A DNA stretch of 64,000 nt from NCBI GenBank assembly GCA_964188305.1, contig OZ076889.1; one strand, written 5' to 3'. A program made the translations under genes and the position numbers. The DNA is from Podarcis bocagei (Eukaryota). Under the pieces are notes generated by a model. The model worked only from the letters and a program-made list of their open reading frames with translations, searched no databases and was not told where the DNA came from. Positions 56,101 to 64,000 of this stretch are shown here, piece after piece; the stretch's first letter is position 1; each line of letters starts with the position of its first letter.

Positions 56101-56881
56101 CCCACTGTCAATGCAGTCAGGACTTTTGCCAGCATTTGTAATAAACCAGATTGTGGAAAGTAAATGTCCTTTTCCTGGTCAATGAAGAAAGTATGGGAGC
56201 ATGAGCCTCTGCTCTGACTCACTCCAGCTAGTGCATATAGTACTGCTAAACAACAGTTTAGCACTGTGTACAAATGCAGCCAATATGGTTTGCAGGCAGA
56301 GATTAAACTATTTTTCTGGTTTAGATATCACAGAAACTGTGAATTAACCAGGCAGTTTTCCCCCAAGCTGAGTGTGTAAACGAAGGGAAGATAGGAATAC
56401 TAAAGTTCAGTGCACAATACCATTACACCCAAACTAGGCCTATGAAGTTTTTGAAACTTTCTACTTTTACAATGTGACATAAAGATCGTTAGATAAATAG
56501 CTGCATCTGTACAATATATTTAAACATTTTGTATTATTGACATTAGGATAATTATCATGTTGATACTAATCACCTTATCATATATGTGAACCACCATTTA
56601 CGTTTTCCTCACATAAAGTAGAACAAGACTAGGTGGTTCGGATACTCTGAACCAGTTACTGAAATGCTACTGGTCTGATGCAGTTGAATCAGAACAAGAC
56701 CTGAACTGGAACTTTTGTTGGTTTGACTCCCTGTTTGTAGCACAATGTGACAGCATCACAAAAATGTATCCAAGTTTGATTCATGAAATAAGAAATACCA
56801 GTTTTTTAATCTGTCTCGGGCTTCCAACTGGGCTCCCACTTCAAAGCTGATACCTCTTCTGTTTGGTGGATGTTTTCTCAT
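28099..56881 (-). CDS. PHF20: PHD finger protein 20 (NSL/KAT8 complex), complete spliced CDS, 998 aa: complement(join(28099-28241,29444-29615,31230-31629,32131-32326,34132-34231,35738-35913,39508-39672,40281-40379,40927-41202,41708-41890,42156-42329,44949-45056,45647-46031,47470-47549,48388-48472,50136-50307,56799-56881))
   Basis: [34 protein letters not shown] (Tudor1), [14 protein letters not shown] (Tudor2), RRRGRPP AT-hook, [25 protein letters not shown]2H2 finger, VRCIC...[14 protein letters not shown]...CYIC PHD finger, ending [10 protein letters not shown]. The exons total 2997 nt, in frame, all GT-AG. Confidence 0.96.
28383..28538 (+). mobile_element. CR1 LINE 3' end, 5'-truncated
   Basis: GTGGAGTCTCCTTCTCTGGAGGTCTTTAAGCAGAGGCTTGAC...TTCCAACTCTATG with an (ATTCTATG)n tail. 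Confidence 0.85.
28620..29220 (+). mobile_element. Old CR1 ORF2 (reverse transcriptase) fragment
   Basis: Degenerate RT motifs ([12 protein letters not shown]...VGKFAETKL, compare GPVLFNIFI...KFADDTKL). Confidence 0.6.
29249..29382 (-). mobile_element. tRNA-Lys-derived SINE with CR1-type tail
   Basis: Minus strand GAGCATGAGACTCTTCATCTCAGGGTCCTGGGTTTGAGCCCCATGTTGGGC (tRNA-Lys(CTT)-like) joined to GGGGTTGGAC...TTCCAACTCTATAATTCTATG; a deleted relative lies at 19284-19358. Confidence 0.75.
29444..29615 (-). CDS. PHF20: PHF20 exon 17 (VREKV...[29 protein letters not shown])
   Basis: gatag| ... |gtaatg, 172 nt. Confidence 0.9.
29737..29973. mobile_element. Tigger/pogo-like MITE
   Basis: 22-bp TIR CAATGGAACCTTGGTTCTCGAA / TTCGAGAACCAAGGTTCAATTG, TA-flanked. 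Confidence 0.8.
30205..30542 (+). mobile_element. Tigger/pogo-like MITE family X, copy A
   Basis: TA TSD; TIR CAGTGGTGCCYCGCAAGACGAA; internal AGCCGCTA tandem repeats; orientation assigned arbitrarily. Confidence 0.88.
31230..31629 (-). CDS. PHF20: PHF20 exon 16 ([15 protein letters not shown]...[13 protein letters not shown]...NYSK)
   Basis: atcag| ... |gtatgt, 400 nt. Confidence 0.92.
32131..32326 (-). CDS. PHF20: PHF20 exon 15 ([14 protein letters not shown]...LQLKMSILQ)
   Basis: ttcag| ... |gtaagc, 196 nt. Confidence 0.93.
34132..34231 (-). CDS. PHF20: PHF20 exon 14, PHD finger
   Basis: [33 protein letters not shown]; aacag| ... |gtacaa. Confidence 0.95.
35443..35492. repeat. (CTAT)n microsatellite
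   Basis: About 10 perfect units, then degenerate. Confidence 0.95.
35738..35913 (-). CDS. PHF20: PHF20 exon 13, acidic region and PHD start
   Basis: [17 protein letters not shown]...[19 protein letters not shown]; cacag| ... |gtacat. Confidence 0.93.
39508..39672 (-). CDS. PHF20: PHF20 exon 12 ([16 protein letters not shown]...KSKTN)
   Basis: tacag| ... |gtgaga, 165 nt. Confidence 0.88.
40281..40379 (-). CDS. PHF20: PHF20 exon 11, poly-Lys (NLS-like) segment
   Basis: [32 protein letters not shown]; uncommon AAG acceptor; donor gtaata. Confidence 0.85.
40450..40595. mobile_element. Short MITE-like element
   Basis: Imperfect TIR CAGTGCTTTTTTTCT / AGAAACAAAACTACTG; no clear TSD. Confidence 0.45.
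40927..41202 (-). CDS. PHF20: PHF20 exon 10, C2H2 zinc finger
   Basis: [28 protein letters not shown]; tacag| ... |gtgagt. Confidence 0.93.
41258..41581 (-). mobile_element. MITE family X, copy B (inverted relative to A)
   Basis: Same TIRs, TA TSD, reverse complement of A. Confidence 0.88.
41708..41890 (-). CDS. PHF20: PHF20 exon 9 (PLEACVES...[12 protein letters not shown])
   Basis: tttag| ... |gttaag, 183 nt, open reading frame, conserved ELQEIS. Confidence 0.82.
42156..42329 (-). CDS. PHF20: PHF20 exon 8 (QEKLKNALD...KEVVE)
   Basis: tttag| ... |gtaaac, 174 nt. Confidence 0.88.
44166..44193. repeat. (GA)n microsatellite
   Basis: 14 units. Confidence 0.95.
44735..44850. repeat. Palindromic interspersed repeat (CCCACTGAAATT family)
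   Basis: Long imperfect inverted repeat (CAACTAAG..CACTGAAATTA / TAATTTCAGTG..CTTAGTTG); partial relative at 20396-20470. Confidence 0.55.
44949..45056 (-). CDS. PHF20: PHF20 exon 7 ([17 protein letters not shown])
   Basis: tttag| ... |gtgagt, 108 nt, phase 1-1. Confidence 0.88.
45647..46031 (-). CDS. PHF20: PHF20 exon 6, charged linker and AT-hook
   Basis: [10 protein letters not shown]...[13 protein letters not shown]; tttag| ... |gtcagt. Confidence 0.9.
47470..47549 (-). CDS. PHF20: PHF20 exon 5, Tudor 2 C-terminus
   Basis: [26 protein letters not shown]; ttcag| ... |gtatga. Confidence 0.94.
48388..48472 (-). CDS. PHF20: PHF20 exon 4, Tudor 2
   Basis: [28 protein letters not shown]; tttag| ... 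|gtaagg. Confidence 0.94.
49701..50051 (+). mobile_element. MITE family X, copy C
   Basis: Near-identical to A, TA TSD. Confidence 0.88.
50136..50307 (-). CDS. PHF20: PHF20 exon 3, Tudor 1
   Basis: [39 protein letters not shown]...EGSS; catag| ... |gtaagt. Confidence 0.94.
51372..51518 (+). mobile_element. Tc1 transposon terminal fragment
   Basis: AATAAACCTACCATTAAAATTAT...GCAGGGGATCAAATACTTTTTCCCTTCATTG|TA resembles a Tc1-family long TIR end followed by the TA target site. Confidence 0.6.
53085..53440 (+). mobile_element. L2 LINE ORF2 C-terminal fragment, degenerate
   Basis: TTGCACTGGCTACCAATT (LHWLPI) followed by VLTYK-like and AFSV-like segments typical of L2. Confidence 0.65.
55070..55159. 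repeat. Short palindromic interspersed repeat
   Basis: TGCAATCCTATAC ... GTATAGGATTGCA inverted ends; partial copy at 48773-48840. Confidence 0.6.
56799..56881 (-). CDS. PHF20: PHF20 exon 2, first coding exon (whole exon 56799-56909 including 28 nt of 5'UTR)
   Basis: ATG at 56881; [28 protein letters not shown]; donor TG|gtattt; acceptor tttcag before 56909. Confidence 0.93.
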
Positions 56882-57422
56882 TTTGTTATAAGCCGCTGCT
56901 TTTATTCCCCTGAAAAATGCAATTAAATATCAATCACCAGAATCTGTGTCAATTGCTAATCTGTCTAATCAGATAAAATAATTCATATTCCAATGTTTCA
57001 GTTATGTAAGTTTTCTTTGCATTCTTTATACTGTATGTTGAAAAGAGTGCCCTTAAATATATAGTCTCTTCATTACAAAGACTGGCTTTGTATACCCCAG
57101 ATCTTACTAAAACTCATCTCTGGATGTCAAAGTGGAGCACCTGCGTATACTGTGGAAACAGTATCATTGTTGAGGGGCACCCTCCGGTGTTTAGGTACCA
57201 ACATATCTGTAATGCTTCTCAAATTAAATTCTTTGTGGTCAATATTTTATTGATAATTCAGCACAATTTTGTACATCACTGTTTGTTGTTTCCAGTGCTA
57301 CCTGTCTACACTTTGATCCATGTGCTATGGCCACCACCTTTAGAGTTTACTGTGTTGTTGCCACGTAACATGTTGTTGGCTTACCACCTGGATTGTCATC
57401 TCTAAATGTTTCTCTAATAGTA

Positions 57423-57746
57423 CAGTGGTGCCTCGCAAGACGAAAAGAATCCGTTCTGTGATTCTCTTCGTCTAGCGGTTTGGTCTTTTCATCTTGCGAA
57501 GCAAGCCCATTGAAGGATTAGCTGATTAGCGCTATTAGCGGCTTTTAGCGGCTTATCTGCTGATCGGATCAGCTGATAAGCGGCTTAGAAACGGGGGGGG
57601 GGGACGGGAACCAGCAGGAACTCGCAAGATGTCTTGCGAAGCAAGCCCATAGGAAATTTGTTTTGCGAAGCACCTCCAAAACGGAAAACGCTTTCGTCTA
57701 GCAAGTTTTCCGTCTTGCGAGGCATTCGTCTTGCGGGGCACCACTG
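57423..57746 (-). mobile_element. MITE family X, copy D (inverted relative to C)
   Basis: Near-identical to B, TA TSD. Confidence 0.88.
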
Positions 57747-60700
57747 TACTTATTTTTTTTAAAAAAAACAACAACAATCCTTGGCATATGGACCAGGTAT
57801 CATGCAGAACAAATTTTGAGTAACCACAAAGCTCATGCACTGTCTGAAGAGGTACTTAATTTCAGTCCTGCAAGTTTACAGATATGATGCACTGAACAGT
57901 GCTAGCTTTTACACAGTACAGGAATCTTAGATTTAGTGTATGTAGTGTCTTACAGAGAACTGAACAGATGCTACTGGATTATCTGGGTTATCTGATATAT
58001 ACTGCTAAATATATTATCTTTCCTGCAAATGCCTTTGTTCTTGCACTTTTTGCTTCAAGTTCATGCTAACAGCACTACAGGCTTTTACTGCTGCAATTTT
58101 GTTAATGCTGTTTTGTGATTTATCAACTCCTTCATTAACACCATAAGTCTCAAACTAATGAACAGTGGCATATACAGTGATCTGGAACATGCACACCACT
58201 GATCTAGAACATGAAAATCATTTGCAAAATGAAACAGCCTCGACATGGTGGCTCTTAGTGACTTGTGTTTTAGACATTACAATAGAACTGCAACGCCTTT
58301 TTCTAAAAGCTTTCATCCCCCCCCCCCCCGGGTAACTGGAACATTTGTTGACTCCTAGAGTTGTTTTTATTTTCAGTTCTAAGTTTGATGTACAGCTTAA
58401 AATCATAATTTTAAAATGCTATTGTGAAGTAAACTACAATTTTTTGCTGAAATTTGAGGTGCTATAAATGTGAGCTACCAAGAAGCAGTGGGCATTAACA
58501 ATGTTTCAAATATTAAAAATATGTTTTGCTGGTTTACATGGCTCTGTCAACAACATAACAATTGGACTACAGTAACAAATCCTATACACACAGAGACAAG
58601 CCAACATTTGATAGCCAAGCCAAAATTTGCAGTTGCCAGTAGCCTGCCAAACCCGCTGAATCCAATGAAGTCACTGTGTGGGTGGAAAGACTGCTCATGT
58701 AACAGATTTTCCCCTGTGCTCCCCATACCGCCCAAATCTGCTTCAGAAGGTTGGGGGTGCATGAGGAAGAAGATAGGGGATGTCCCACTGCACTAACAGA
58801 AGTCATTCTACTCATACAGTGCCTCTGAAAGGCTTTAGAGGCACGGAGATGAGTAAGCCTAGCACAGGTGTAGGGAACATCACCACCCATCAAGCTCTGA
58901 ACTAAAGATGGTAGGTGAGCCAGTGCTTGCTTTTCTGGACAGCCCAGCACCAAGCTAGCCTTCTCCAACTGGGAGCTGGTGTGACGGGGATCTTCCCCAT
59001 AGCACTGTACTGTGCTTCCAGTACAGTCCAACATCTGGGACAATCCCTACTCGCCATCCACGTCCAAGGCAAAGAGGAGGGCTGGGCTTTGTCTTGTCAT
59101 GCATACCAGCGAGTGATGAGACACACACTGAGTAGAGTGTCTTAATACAACTGAAGAGTGGCAACACATCTCCCATCTTAAATGCAATGCAAACATGATC
59201 CTGCTTAGCCTTCTCTGCACATCTAAAAAAAAAATTACTGAGACATATGGAACCATGAGCTAAAATATAACTTGAGGACCTCTACTAAGCATGTGAAAAA
59301 GAATGACACCCTCTCCTCCGAAATAGCTGCACAACCGAAAAGAGAATTGAGACTTCCATAAGCTTCTGAAACTGGACCCCTACCCAAGGCCTATATGGTG
59401 CAGTGATGCAACCAAATACACATTTATTGAATGTAATTTGTTCCCAATTTAGGCAGAAATAGAAGACACACACACAGAGAGAGAGAGCTAAGGTTTCTTC
59501 TTCTGTAACTTGTTGCTGGTGAAAATCTGGTCTTGGTTAGCACAATTATTTGTGGTAACTGTATTTTGCCTGCCAGATCACCACTTTGATGAACACTATG
59601 TTTTATCAGACAAAAAGGTATGAAAGATTCAAAACAAGATTCCATAATTTTACATGTCAGCTTATTTTATTGGTCTTGCAGTGCGCACTCTCTCCCTCCC
59701 TCACACACGCACAAACACACAAGCTGCAAACTATCAAAGATGTATATGTGGATAGCCAATCCTGCTATTGTGGAACACACTAGAATGGGACATTTATAAC
59801 CATGTGCCTCCCTTCTCTGATTTAAAAGGCCAGTATGTATAGCAAACCTTAAGCAAGATGCTGGCAACTAGCTCCAGACAACAGCTGCAGAGTGTCCTAC
59901 TGTTTCTTACCCAGAAAACCAACCTATTAGACACCTGTACAAGGTATAATTTCCCACACCTCTTTGTAAACCAGGCAGACAGGGTTTCTCCCTTAATACA
60001 ATACTATGTATTCAATATACAACACAAAAGAAAGGAAGTCTTGTCCATCTGTGTCACGGGATTCTGGGCCCAGAAGGCATAGACAGAGATATGTAGCAAC
60101 TTAGCTCAGCTCTGCATATGGGAAAAATGAATGGACAGGAAAGCTTTGACAGAGCCGGGCAAGGAGCAGATTTCATGTGAGAGAAAAAGGGGGTGACTGA
60201 TATTTCTATCTATCCTGTTCTCTTTTTGGTTCAGGGTGGGTTACTAAAAAATTTGTCCTTAGGCCAAAGAAATAACTGCCTAAATTTCTAAGCCTACTGA
60301 GCACTATTAGAAAGAATTACTGTACGGAAACTGTCAAGCAGGCCTCCAGTAGCGGCTATCAGGTACATAAGCAGCAAGTATTTTTTAAAAAAGTAAGTTT
60401 TAAGGTCTCCTAAGTCCCCTTTGCATGCAATGCCTAGCCAGAGGCTGTAACCCAAAGCAGCTAATCCAATAGTCACCAAAGGGACCATGACACCTCGCCA
60501 GTGGAATATAACTACGAGATAAATCAAAAGCCTTCACGGGCTTTCCAAATGAATGGATGAAGGAGCCTGAATACATTTTAAACCATCTGTGTGAATTGAG
60601 TGTGTGCTGAATCCTCATGCACAGAGCATAATATGCTTAAAATGTGTGGTCTCCACTTCCTAGGTGGTTCTCCCTCAAACAGAAACTACTTTTCCCCCAA

Positions 60701-61285
60701 AAGCTTTAAGACATTTAATATGTAGATGCAATTAAATGTATTACAGAATGCTGAGCTGCCACCAGATAAGTGCTTTCCACCATCAACTTCTTAATAGCAC
60801 TGAAAAGTAACATAGTTTTCAAGAGCACTGCATTTTATTTATTCTGTCATGTTGAGCTTGAACATACCACAGCCAGGTGAGTTCAGGACATGCACCAAGG
60901 CTAGCATTTGTCTATGGACAGCTATGCTTTATTACTGGAGTCCAAAGGCTATTTCCTCCCACAATGGAACTGACTAGATCCAACTGACTTTGGTCAGGTC
61001 AGTTTATTATTGGACTATTATCATCCTGCATTATTCATTTTATTTATTTCTCCTTGCACTTTGTTCCTGGTCTCACCAAAGGCCTGTCTCTAGATTCTAA
61101 TTCTGTTCTTCAACACCCTAAACCGATTCTATGATAATAATCATGCTTCCATACAACTGCATATTCTATTTCCTATGCTGTATCCAGCCTGGAAAAGATT
61201 CAGCACTCATAACCTTTACGTTCCATTTCCACAATGCACAGAATGTCTGTAATACTATGTCTCTGTCTGAAGACCAATCCAAGAG

Positions 61286-61565
61286 AGAGGGATAGTACCG
61301 AAGGCCTTCTGGCGGTTCCCTCATTGCGAGAAGCTAAGCTACAGGGAACCAGGCAGAGGGCCTTTTCGGTGGTGCCGCCCGCCCTGTGGAATGCCCTCCC
61401 ATCGGATGTCAAGGTGATGGACAACTACCTGACATTCAGAAGACATCTTAAGGCGGCCCTATTCAGGGAAGCTTTTAATGTATGATATTTTAGTGTTTTT
61501 TGGTTTCTGTGGAAGCCGCCCAGAGTGGCTGGGGAAACCCAGCCAGATGGGCGGGGTACAAATAA

Positions 61566-61605
<40 letters not shown>
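61286..61605 (+). mobile_element. L2-like LINE 3' end with (TTA)n tail
   Basis: ORF remnant LLAVPSLREAKLQGTRQRAFSVVPPALWNALPSDVK...[15 protein letters not shown], then a 3'UTR and (TTA)n at 61566-61605. Confidence 0.8.
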
Positions 61606-61606
<1 letters not shown>

Positions 61607-62208
61607 TGCACATCAAGCTCTGTTCTTGACAAGCAGCCATGGACTCCAAGTGCCAGGTTAAAAAAGAATGGTTTTATACTGCAGTAATGATTTACAGATT
61701 TAAAGAAACCACAGATGATCACACTATTTTTGACATTAACTGCTCCTGCTAGTTTACTCATGTTAATGTGTGGTAGACATTATGGGGCCCAGTACAGACA
61801 TAATGCTAGCTCCCTAAACTGCAGGTGGAAGTGACCCATGCTTGGGAATATACAAACTGCCCTCTTTCTCCTCCACTTTTTGGCACAGGTTTTCCTATTT
61901 TTTCTCTTGTTCACTTAACTGTAGGTTATCATTGCATCTGTACTGATATTTGCCATTATTAATGCTGACCAGGGTTTGGAAATACAGTCTTAAGTGCAGT
62001 TATGAAGGGACCTTTTTATATGATTAGCATTAACTGTGCTTAGTACCACTGTATGAAACTGGGTATTTTCAAGTTTGGCTGTAAAATTTCATGGTGGTTT
62101 ATGAATTGGAGCATATCAATGTCCTACAATGTTTCTGCATGCCTTCATTCCCACTCACTCCACCATTTTGTCACTGAAGTAATTACATAATGTGCTTTTA
62201 CTATACTA

Positions 62209-62429
62209 CAGTGGAACCTCGTGTTACGTACCGTCCTCCTTGCGAACGTGTCAGGTAACGAGCTCTGCTAACCAGGAAGTAGTTGCTCCTGGTAGTGAAC
62301 TTTGCCCTGGGATGTAAGCACATCCCAGTGGCATGCGTGCAGTTGGAGGCCCCATTAGCAAAAGCGCAGCTCAGGATAAGAATGGTTTCATGTTAAGAAC
62401 GGACCTCTGAAAAGAATTAAGTACCATTG
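62209..62429. mobile_element. Degenerate Tigger-like MITE
   Basis: TA|CAGTGGAACCTCG ... GTACCATTG|TA; related to the 20898-21118 element. Confidence 0.55.
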
Positions 62430-64000
62430 TATACTATACTTTTTTCTGATGAATGTGCCGTGATATATTGCTCCAATTTATATTTATATCAGTCATACAC
62501 CTTATGTGCAAATTGCCTGGAGATGGTGGTTAACCAATTAATAAATCAATGATAATACTTATTTCATGATGATTATGATTTCTGTTTTATTAGTATATCA
62601 GTGGCTCTCAAATTGGAGGCTGGAAGAGACAGAACACCTGAATGGGGTAAAACATTCAAAGGCAAGATAGTATCACTGAAGAGAAGGAATCTTTCTCCTT
62701 TCACTACCCAAGGTTTGTGGGCTGAATGCCTTCTGGCAGACATCACTCACTGATGCACACTGAGTTTGCAAGAGTGACTGCATCCCCACTATCTCATCAT
62801 ACCACTCTCATCAGAGAAGAAGGTTGCTAAGATAGACAGGGTGCCTTATGTGTAACTTTAGAAAGCATATTCTTCTCTAATAGCAATATTTGATTGGTAG
62901 CAAACATATACTAATGAAGCAGCAGAATGAACACAACTGTGTACGAGATTCTCCACACAATCACTTGTAGCACACATTACTGGCGTTGGTTTACAGAGCT
63001 ACATGGCACAATAAAATAAAGAAGTTTGAGATACACTGAGATAAGTAATATAATCATAAATACTCAGTGGCGACATGTGTTGTGCATCATACCATAAGTA
63101 ATGGCAAGAACAAATAAAATCTCACCCAGTTCACCCCCCGCAATTTGCATGCCCTCATCAGAATTGGTCAGTCCAAAGTAGGAGTGGTGAATGTCCATGA
63201 TGCCTGACACAATTACGATCCCTTGCAAGTGGATGGCCACAGCCAGGCTGCGCTGAAAAACACACCTGCAGGTAAGAAAAGGCAATTGCTACATAAGGCT
63301 AAGACCAGCACTACTATGGTTTTAACATTCCTATAAAAATAGGCAGCATTCCTGGAGCAAAGATCTATAAAATATCTTCCTTGACCCACACCCTGTCCCA
63401 AATACAGAAATGTATAAACGATTCTAGGTACACACACTGATCTCGACCCCAAAATGGAATTTTGAAGGTAAATAAAAGGATTCCCCTTGAATTGAATTTC
63501 CTTATCTTTAAATAATGCTGTGTAATGTAATGTAAACCTATAAAAGGATTAGGGATGAGAAAAGTATTCTTAACTACACAAAACATCAAAAACTAATGGG
63601 CTACATTCAAATGTTTATTTCTCCATTTAGCATGTAATTTAAGCACATATGATCCTTTGAGTCTTTACTGACACATTAATGTATTTTTTAAAAAAGCTGT
63701 TGCCTGGTATATAACCCAAAATACTTTAATTATTTTCTTGAAATTCAAAGCTCTAAAAATGTAGATTTGTATTGATTACATTTAAGAAACTGTTAACTAC
63801 TTGTATGAAGAGGGCTGAGGCAGTGGCAGATGAGACGATTACCTCATCCCCATTAGATAACTGGCACTAGCAGACATGGAGACAGATGGAGGTTCTGCAG
63901 GTGACACTGCACCTATGGGCAACAAATTAACAGGTGGTGATCCTATTCCCACTATGGCTGGCTACTCTTTGTTCCTGTCCCTATCTCTTCCCCCAGGATT

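Noticed and set aside
57815-57866. Possible hammerhead ribozyme (CACAAAGCTCATGC...CTGAAGAG)
   Set aside because: The GAAA core is broken and I could not build the three stems.
61425-61687. Poly-Asn and poly-Tyr ORFs
   Set aside because: They are translations of the (TTA)n LINE tail.

Overview
Eukaryotic genomic DNA from a squamate reptile, most likely a lacertid lizard (inferred from Sauria SINEs, CR1/L2 LINE fragments and squamate-type MITEs). Three spliced protein-coding genes can be rebuilt by hand with consistent splice phases. (1) The 3' part of NDRG3 on + (13 exons, 242-12210; its 5' exons lie before the window), with a GC-AG intron and a 39-nt cassette exon. (2) The complete SLA2/SLAP-2 CDS on + (7 exons, 20241-25804, 269 aa: myristoylation site, SH3, SH2, C-terminal tail). 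(3) The complete PHF20 CDS on - (17 coding exons, 56881-28099, 998 aa: two Tudor domains, AT-hook, C2H2 finger, PHD finger), tail-to-tail with SLA2. Introns hold many transposon relics. The best leads are four MITE copies in alternating orientation that bracket PHF20 exon blocks (circRNA/dsRNA geometry), exon junctions that regenerate consensus 5' splice sites, loss of both human Akt motifs in PHF20, the ohnolog-like gene order, and a Tc1 end resembling fish elements. No prokaryotic-type system (CRISPR, operon, phage) is present. Orthology and repeat-family calls rest on remembered sequences, not on database searches. PHF20 exon numbers follow human-style numbering, with the ATG exon as exon 2.
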